Position numbers and translations under genes: made by a program. Positions 52,964-64,000 of a stretch of 64,000 nucleotides of DNA are shown here, piece by piece. The stretch is taken from contig OZ024741.1 of assembly GCA_964016885.1 (NCBI GenBank), forward strand, positions 119,288,001 to 119,352,000, given 5' to 3'. The notes below the pieces were generated by a model. That model saw only the letters and a list, made by a program, of their open reading frames with translations, was not told where the DNA came from and searched no databases. Position 1 is the stretch's first letter. Every line of letters begins with the position of its first letter. This stretch comes from Eledone cirrhosa. Taxonomy: Eukaryota.

Positions 52964-53094
<131 letters not shown>

Positions 53095-53109
53095 ATATAT
53101 ATATATATA

Positions 53110-53148
<39 letters not shown>

Positions 53149-53161
53149 ATATATATATATA

Positions 53162-53272
<111 letters not shown>

Positions 53273-53289
53273 GTGTATATATATATATA

Positions 53290-53320
<31 letters not shown>

Positions 53321-53373
53321 GTGTATATATATATATATATATATGTGTATATATATATATATATGTGTATATA

Positions 53374-53961
<588 letters not shown>

Positions 53962-53995
53962 TATGTGTATATATATGTGTATATATATATATATA

Positions 53996-54026
<31 letters not shown>

Positions 54027-54041
54027 GTGTATATATATATA

Positions 54042-54072
<31 letters not shown>

Positions 54073-54075
54073 GTG

Positions 54076-54115
<40 letters not shown>

Positions 54116-54159
54116 TATGTGTATATATATATATATATATGTGTATATATATATATATA

Positions 54160-54190
<31 letters not shown>

Positions 54191-54265
54191 GTGTATATAT
54201 ATATATATATATGTGTATATATATATATATATGTGTATATATATATATATGTGTATATATATATA

Positions 54266-54655
<390 letters not shown>

Positions 54656-54733
54656 TATGTGTATATATATGTGTATATATATATATATATATATGTGTAT
54701 ATATATATATATATATATGTGTATATATATATA

Positions 54734-54764
<31 letters not shown>

Positions 54765-54779
54765 GTGTATATATATATA

Positions 54780-55061
<282 letters not shown>

Positions 55062-55098
55062 GAAAGATTTGAATGGATACAGTTTAGTTGAAAGGAAT

Positions 55099-55215
55099 TT
55101 ATTGACACGTGTTTCTATAACAGTTACATAACCTAAAACAGCTATCTACAAACTTTTAGTTATGCAGACATTCAATATTTCAATGTTATTATTTACTGTC
55201 ATTTCATCAGAATAA
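55099..55215 (-). ncRNA. Type I hammerhead ribozyme with long stem-loop II, in the Penelope-like 3' pseudo-LTR
   Basis: Minus strand: TTATT-CTGATGA-A-ATGACAGT...ACTGTTAT-A-GAAA-CACGTG-TC-AATAA (GUC cleavage triplet). Confidence 0.75.
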
Positions 55216-55801
55216 TATTACTGAGGACCTATTTAGTTTTTATAGAGAATATTAGGAGGGAGGGGTGAAGTTGTTAGAAGAATAGTTGAAGGAGTGGTTT
55301 TTCGATAGCAGTGAGAATTCTTGGTGGCAGTGAGTAATTAGATTCCCATCTGTTGTTTTGACATTTTTTATAGAATATATTATTGGTTATTTTTCTAAAT
55401 CTATAGAAGGATTAGAGATAGTGAAGATATGCATGGTTGGTTTTGTGTTTGCACTTAATTAACATTCAGACTTAAATTTTTCTTTCAAGTGTACGTATCC
55501 TTTCACCCACGCATTCACACACAAATATATTTGCACACCGCTACAAAATACATATACACACAATTCACATATTCATACTTACATATATATACACATGCAT
55601 ACACATATATATACACACATGTATTCATGTACATACATACGCGCTCATGTGTATACATTTTCATACTCAACTTATCTTTATATACACACGCATAGACACA
55701 CACATATATACATACATACTCTAGTCCATGTGTACACACATACACATACATACACATCCATATACACATATATACATACACATATATACATACATACATA
55801 C

Positions 55802-55845
<44 letters not shown>

Positions 55846-56169
55846 GCATACATACACAAACATACATATACACACATATACATATATATATATATATATA
55901 AGCACTTTAATACATGAATACACTTACATCTAACTATACACATCAAACATATATATATATTTACTTATTTATATACATTTTCACATATATATACATACTT
56001 ATGGACGTTTTTAGACACATTCATTATCGCATATTTGTACCTATTTTCATCAGCATATCTTTTCATTATTAGTATGGTAATTTAAGGTTATTAATATATG
56101 TTGAGAAGAGATTGTTTTTATATTTTTCTAACTAGATTAAGGTTTATATAGTTGGGGGATGTCCCTCTT

Positions 56170-58008
56170 TTATGTAATATTCGGCTTGTAGTGGGAAAAA
56201 AGGGTTTTAGTTCTGTGACGGCAGAATAATGTTCGTTCAATTCTGTTATTCAGCAGTTTCTTCTTGTGTGTGATTATGTAATAAATCTCAAGATTACACA
56301 ATTTGCAGAAATTTTGGCTCCTGGAAAAGCTTTGGGTTTTAGCTAATTTTTCCCATTTTAGGGTAAACTTTTGATCGCTATCCCTGAGCGTCCAAGCTTT
56401 TTCTGCTAGAGTTGTTACATTTCTTTGGCTCTGGTGTTTTATTGAGTAAGAATGCCTATACAATCGAGATTTAAACGATGTTGCCGTTGATCCCACGTAA
56501 TACCACTCGTTGCCTCCGGATTTAATGGTACACTTATAAATAATATTTTTTTCCAGGCAGTTATTGCCGAGGGGGCAGTTGTCAGGATAGGTGCAGTTAC
56601 AGTTGTGTACGTTGGGTTTTCTCTGGAGTAGTATTGCGGACGAACTTAGGTGTGGTTTATTTATGTTCTGTAGTGTATTGTCTACTGTTTTTTTTGTGTT
56701 CTTTGTACTTAAGTTCTTAGTGTTTTCGTTTAACCTTCTAGTATTGATCTTTTTTATGTGTTGTTCAAGGTTTAACGCTGTAGAGTATGACAGTCTTATA
56801 GTGGTAGGGTTTAGGATTTTGTGGTATTTGTGTGATGTGGGAAAATGTCTTTTAATTATTTTAAAGAAGAGTACTGGTAAATTTGTACTAATGGAGCTAT
56901 TGTATTCGGGGTTATACCATAAGTACTCTTTGCATCGCTTTCTATTAGTTTTGTTTGTTGGTTTACTGGTGTGCATACTATGGTAGTAAGTGTGGTTTGG
57001 TGTTGTGTTATTATATCTACCTATGTGGGATTTATTTTGGGTGTTTTGATTGTTCCCATCTATGTACTCTATTTTGTTGAGGTAGCCTGCTTTACTAAGG
57101 GCGTTATCGTAGTACTCGGCGTGTTCCTTAAATACTTGTATGTTAGAAGATAGACCCGAGATTCTAAGGGAAATATTTTTAGGGATAGATTTAATTATAG
57201 AGATGGGGTGGTTAGACCCAACATTTACGTATTTGAGATTTTCATTCAATTTATGAAACGGTTTAATCAAACCAGAGTTTAAATTGAGTGTGACATCCAG
57301 GAAGTTAACTACTTTAAGGTTGTATTCATATGTTATAGTTAGTCCTATTTCGAGTAGTAGTTTTCTTATATCTTTGCGTAGTTTTTCTAGTTTTTGGTTA
57401 TTAAGGTTTTTAGCTAGGAGGAGAACATCGTCGCGGTATATTCCGCCGTGGAGATTGCTGAATTTTTCCTGGAGTCTAAAGGCGATAAATAACCCCACAA
57501 TATCAGTTATTTCCGCCGAATCGTTAGAGCCCATTGTTATGTCAAAGTTAGAGGGTCTATCTTTACGTACCCAATAACTGTTCTCAAATTTGACTATAGT
57601 TTTCCTAGCTTCTAATATAATCTTAATTTCATCGTTTGTAATGTCAGAGTTATCCTTAGCAAACTTAATGGCTCTATTCAAAGTTTCAGGTGATATCGAT
57701 GAGTAATATTCATCGATATCAAACTGGATAAACTTAGATTTATTCTTATTGCTAATGCTATTAAACCATCTTATTGCTTCTTGGGTCTTCCCCCAGAGTT
57801 TAATGTTAACCTTAGCCTTAATTTGGGGGATGATTCTATCTAAGATATATTTGCTTATTTTACCTATATCTGATTTAGAGGGGCAGATTAATCTAATTTT
57901 AGGGTCATTATCAAAGTTTACCTTGTGGTCCTTAAGATTGAAGGTGGGTACCGCCGGTAAGAGTGGTCCTGTCCTATCTTCGATTCGAGATTTTTCACTA
58001 TTTCGCAT
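56170..58008 (-). pseudogene. Penelope-like RT plus GIY-YIG endonuclease, main open segment
   Basis: KIRLICP, FIQFDIDEYYSSI, ITMGS, GIYRDDVL, FLDVTL and SNHP; CNCxxxxxCPLxxxCL, NIIYKC..YYVGST..FKSRLYRH, CKLCNLE and CRH. Confidence 0.9.
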
Positions 58009-58444
58009 GCCTCATCATTGATGTGCTTAAGGGTTACTTCACTCGTTTTTCTATATTTTTTATGTAATTCTTTTCGAATGAAGTTGTTGTATGTAGTGCA
58101 ATCCATAGTGTACAGGTTTGATGTTTTGTCCGCTTTTACTACAATTCCTTTGGTGTTTTTAAGGTCGTCCAGTAGTTTTTTATATCTTTCTGTAATTTGC
58201 TGTTGGTGTTGCGTCCTTTGAATTTAATTTTAAGGATTAAGTTCATAAGGTCCTGCTCAAATGCATCTAATAGTGGGTTGGTGGGTGGGTTTTTACAAGT
58301 CCTAAAACCGAATTTGTTGTTTACACCACTTTCTAATGTTGAGTTCATACAGCTTCTATCATAGTGAGCGTTTTCCACCTGACACGTCGAATGAATTCAT
58401 TAGTTTTTTGAATCATGCTCAATAAATATTCCTTTCTATATATG

Positions 58445-58594
<150 letters not shown>

Positions 58595-58608
58595 TATACA
58601 TATACATG

Positions 58609-58660
<52 letters not shown>

Positions 58661-58674
58661 TATACATATACATG

Positions 58675-58712
<38 letters not shown>

Positions 58713-58722
58713 CATATACATG

Positions 58723-58810
<88 letters not shown>

Positions 58811-58821
58811 TATACATATAC

Positions 58822-58854
<33 letters not shown>

Positions 58855-58897
58855 TATACATATACATATATATACATATACATATATATACATATAC

Positions 58898-58978
<81 letters not shown>

Positions 58979-59081
58979 TATACATATACATATATATATA
59001 TATATATATATACATATATATACATATACATATATATACATATACATATATATACATATACATATGTATATATACATATAC

Positions 59082-59133
<52 letters not shown>

Positions 59134-59134
59134 G

Positions 59135-59181
<47 letters not shown>

Positions 59182-59211
59182 GTATATATATATATGTATA
59201 TATATATATAT

Positions 59212-59755
59212 GTAGATAAATCTACCAAGAGTTTACGGTAGTGTCCAATCCGTATGAAGAACTCAATGTATTTCGGATATCATGGAAAGAAGAGATGTAA
59301 TGAAAATCCACTTTCGGTGAAAGATAAACGGTATACAGAGTCAAGATAAAATATTAAACAAATAATGAACAAACAATTCCTTATATTAAACAAAAAAAGT
59401 TCACTATTTAACGATCGTTTCTAGGGCATATATGTGTTATAATTGGTATGCATATTTAACAGATCTATGTACAAAATTATACAAAATTATACAAATTATC
59501 AAGATTAAATATACATACCTAACTCATATATACGCCGTCTTCAGAAATAATTATTTCTGAAGACGGCGTATATATGAGTTAGGTATGTATATTTAATCTT
59601 GATAATTTGTATAATTTTGTATAATTTTGTACATAGATCTGTTAAATATGCATACCAATTATAACACATATATGCCCTAGAAACGATCGTTAAATAGTGA
59701 ACTTTTTTTGTTTAATATAAGGAATTGTTTGTTCATTATTTGTTTAATATTTTAT
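59212..59755. mobile_element. (TA)n-flanked fold-back module: 410-bp perfect palindrome (59346-59755) plus a 134-bp extension
   Basis: Centre at 59550/59551 (GAAATAA|TTATTTC), with 205-bp arms and no spacer. Confidence 0.9.
59551..59697 (+). ncRNA. Hammerhead-like ribozyme with long stem-loop II (mirror copy at 59404-59550, minus)
   Basis: TTATTT-CTGAAGA-C-GGCGTATAT...ATATATGCC-CTA-GAAA-CGATCG-TT-AAATAG. Confidence 0.65.
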
Positions 59756-59819
59756 ATATATATGTATATATATATGTATATATATATATATGATATATAT
59801 ATAAATGATGAAAATGATG

Positions 59820-59903
<84 letters not shown>

Positions 59904-59910
59904 GTATATA

Positions 59911-59999
<89 letters not shown>

Positions 60000-60012
60000 G
60001 TATATATATATG

Positions 60013-60049
<37 letters not shown>

Positions 60050-60062
60050 GTATATATATATG

Positions 60063-60143
<81 letters not shown>

Positions 60144-60150
60144 GTATATA

Positions 60151-60201
<51 letters not shown>

Positions 60202-60202
60202 G

Positions 60203-60233
<31 letters not shown>

Positions 60234-60246
60234 GTATATATATATG

Positions 60247-60397
<151 letters not shown>

Positions 60398-60398
60398 G

Positions 60399-60510
<112 letters not shown>

Positions 60511-60550
60511 TGTATATATATGTATATATATATATGTATATATATATATG

Positions 60551-60646
<96 letters not shown>

Positions 60647-60670
60647 TATATGTATATCTATATATATATG

Positions 60671-60943
<273 letters not shown>

Positions 60944-61038
60944 GTATATATATGTATATATATATATGTATATATATATATATGTATATATATGTATATA
61001 TATATATGTATATATATATATGTATATATATATATATG

Positions 61039-61069
<31 letters not shown>

Positions 61070-61234
61070 GTGTATATATGTATATGTATATATATGTATA
61101 TATATATATATGTATATATATATGTGTATATATGTATATGTATATATATGTATATATATGTATATGTATATATATTTATGTATATATATATGTATATATA
61201 TATATGTATATATATGTATGTATATATATATATG

Positions 61235-61279
<45 letters not shown>

Positions 61280-61280
61280 G

Positions 61281-61343
<63 letters not shown>

Positions 61344-61653
61344 GTATATATATACATATATATATACATATATATATATACATATATATATATACATATA
61401 TATATACATGTATATATATATATACATATATATATACATATACATATATATATATATATACATATATATATACATATATATATACATATATATATACATA
61501 TATATATACATATATATATACATATATATATACATATATATACATATATATATATACATATATATACATATATATATATACATATATATATATACACATA
61601 TATATATATACATATATACATATACACATATATATATATACATATATACATAT

Positions 61654-61702
<49 letters not shown>

Positions 61703-61711
61703 CATATATAT

Positions 61712-62948
61712 ACAGCTGCTACATCACTACGACTGGGTACTGAGACAACTACTAGACAGCTCACATGTAGACGTGATATATCTTGACTTTGCGAAGGCCT
61801 TTGACAAGGTCGACCACGGAATGGTATGTCACAAACTACACGGACTCGGCATGACTGGAAAAGTAGGTGAGTGGCTGCATGGCTTCCTAAGGGACAGAAG
61901 CCAGGCAGTCGCAGCAAATGGGGCCCTCTCGAGGGAAACACCGATAACAAGTGGGGTGCCCCAGGGGACAGTCCTGGGACCACTACTGTTTTTGGTGGCT
62001 CTCTCGGATATGCCCTCTGCGGTGCATTCAACAACATCCCTCACTAGCTATGCTGATGACACTAAGGTAGCACAGGCAATCAAAGACCCGGCTGACGCTG
62101 CCCTCTTACAGCAGGATCTGGATGCCATATACAGATGGGCGGAAGAAAACAACATGCAGTTTAATGCTGCCAAATTCCAAGCCCTACAATACAAACCTGT
62201 AAACACAAACACAAATATAGCGGAACACAGCGACACAGGACCAGGAGGGACCGATATCCCCGTGTCAAAATCGATACGAGACCTGGGCATAGACATGAGC
62301 GATGATGCATCTTTTTCTTCACACATCATGAAGGTGGCGACAACATGTAGACGATTCGCTGGCTGGATCTTGAGGACTTTCCTTACAAGAGATCGAGACA
62401 CCATGTTGACACTGAGGAGGACTTTTGTCCTAAGCCGCCTGGACTACTGCTCCCAGCTGTGGTCACCCCATAGTGTCAAACTAACCACGGAGCTTGAGGC
62501 AATCCAGCGAAGCTACACCAGGAGGATTGCCGGGATGAGGGAGACAAGCTACTGGGAGAGGCTAAAGGAACTGAACCTCTACTCCTTGGAGCGAAGACGG
62601 GAGAGATACGCAGTGATCTACATGTGGAAAATCCTGGAGGGACTAGCACCAAACTTTGGCATTGGGAGCTGGACCAACCGTCGAACAGGACGTCACTGTG
62701 TGGTGCCAAAGGTCCCGTCTTCCACATCTAGAATAAGGAGCAGGTATTGCAATAGCCTGGGATTCAAGGGCCCTCAACTCTTCAACAGGCTGCCGAGGCA
62801 TCTGCGAGACTTGCATGACGTGGAGGTGGATGTCTTTAAGAAACATCTCGACACCTTGTTATCCAGGATCCCGGATGAGCCCACAGCAAGACACGAGGAA
62901 AACCTAAGGGCAGCAGCAACAAACTCCCTCCTACACCAGTGGCCAACC
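61712..62948 (+). mobile_element. Second CR1-like LINE copy; 5'-truncated, with the 3' end lost in the gap
   Basis: Near-identical to 42617-43853; begins at QLLHHYDW directly after (TA)n. Confidence 0.95.
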
Positions 62949-63148
62949 NNNNNNNNNNNNNNNNNNNNNNNNNNNNNNNNNNNNNNNNNNNNNNNNNNNN
63001 NNNNNNNNNNNNNNNNNNNNNNNNNNNNNNNNNNNNNNNNNNNNNNNNNNNNNNNNNNNNNNNNNNNNNNNNNNNNNNNNNNNNNNNNNNNNNNNNNNNN
63101 NNNNNNNNNNNNNNNNNNNNNNNNNNNNNNNNNNNNNNNNNNNNNNNN
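62949..63148. other. Assembly gap (200 N)
   Basis: Run of N followed by ATGATGATGATG then (TA)n, which resembles the tail of another + strand RTE or SINE. Confidence 0.99.
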
Positions 63149-63179
63149 ATGATGATGATGATATATATATATGTATATA

Positions 63180-63222
<43 letters not shown>

Positions 63223-63255
63223 GTGTGTATGTATATATATATGTATATATATATG

Positions 63256-63286
<31 letters not shown>

Positions 63287-63318
63287 GTAATATGTATATA
63301 TATATATGTATGTATATG

Positions 63319-63349
<31 letters not shown>

Positions 63350-63420
63350 GTATGTATATATATATATGTATGTATATGTATATATATATATATATGTGTA
63401 TATATATATATATATGTATG

Positions 63421-63453
<33 letters not shown>

Positions 63454-63454
63454 G

Positions 63455-63489
<35 letters not shown>

Positions 63490-63590
63490 GTATATATATA
63501 TATATATATATGTATATATTTATATATATATGTATATATATGTATATATATATGTATATATATGTATATATATATGTATGTATATATATG

Positions 63591-63621
<31 letters not shown>

Positions 63622-63691
63622 GTATATGTATATATATATACGTATGTATAATAGTATGTATATGTGTATATATATGTGTATATGTATGTAT

Positions 63692-63797
<106 letters not shown>

Positions 63798-63892
63798 GTA
63801 TATATATATATGTATATATATATATATAATAGTATATATGTATATATATATGTATATATGTATATATATATGTATATATGTATATATATATG

Positions 63893-63984
<92 letters not shown>

Positions 63985-64000
63985 ATATATATATATATAC

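Overview
Repeat-dominated eukaryotic DNA, with no host protein-coding gene that I can identify. The SINE types and microsatellite load resemble a coleoid cephalopod (Octopus-like); this is an inference. The first ~18 kb is microsatellite-rich spacer or intron carrying tRNA-derived SINEs and a non-autonomous Helitron. A 34-bp minisatellite of about 96 copies lies at 22.0-25.3 kb. From ~28 kb to the end is a nest of retrotransposons embedded in kilobase-long imperfect (TA)n arrays. The window holds six RTE-clade LINE copies (one with an intact 1095-aa ORF), two CR1-like LINE copies (one apparently intact) and a Penelope-like element (RT plus C-terminal GIY-YIG). Most notable: (1) the intact CR1-like LINE has an HIV-type slippery sequence (AAT TTT TTA G) followed by a predicted pseudoknot that would fuse ORF1 (Myb/SANT-like plus CCCH) to ORF2 by -1 frameshifting; (2) two unrelated (TA)n-flanked fold-back modules carry hammerhead ribozymes on both strands, and a related hammerhead sits in the Penelope-like 3' end; (3) a pre-miRNA-like hairpin has a let-7-type seed; (4) element orientation is strongly polarised around ~34 kb. 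All structure calls were made by eye. Most ORFs in the supplied track are microsatellite translations.
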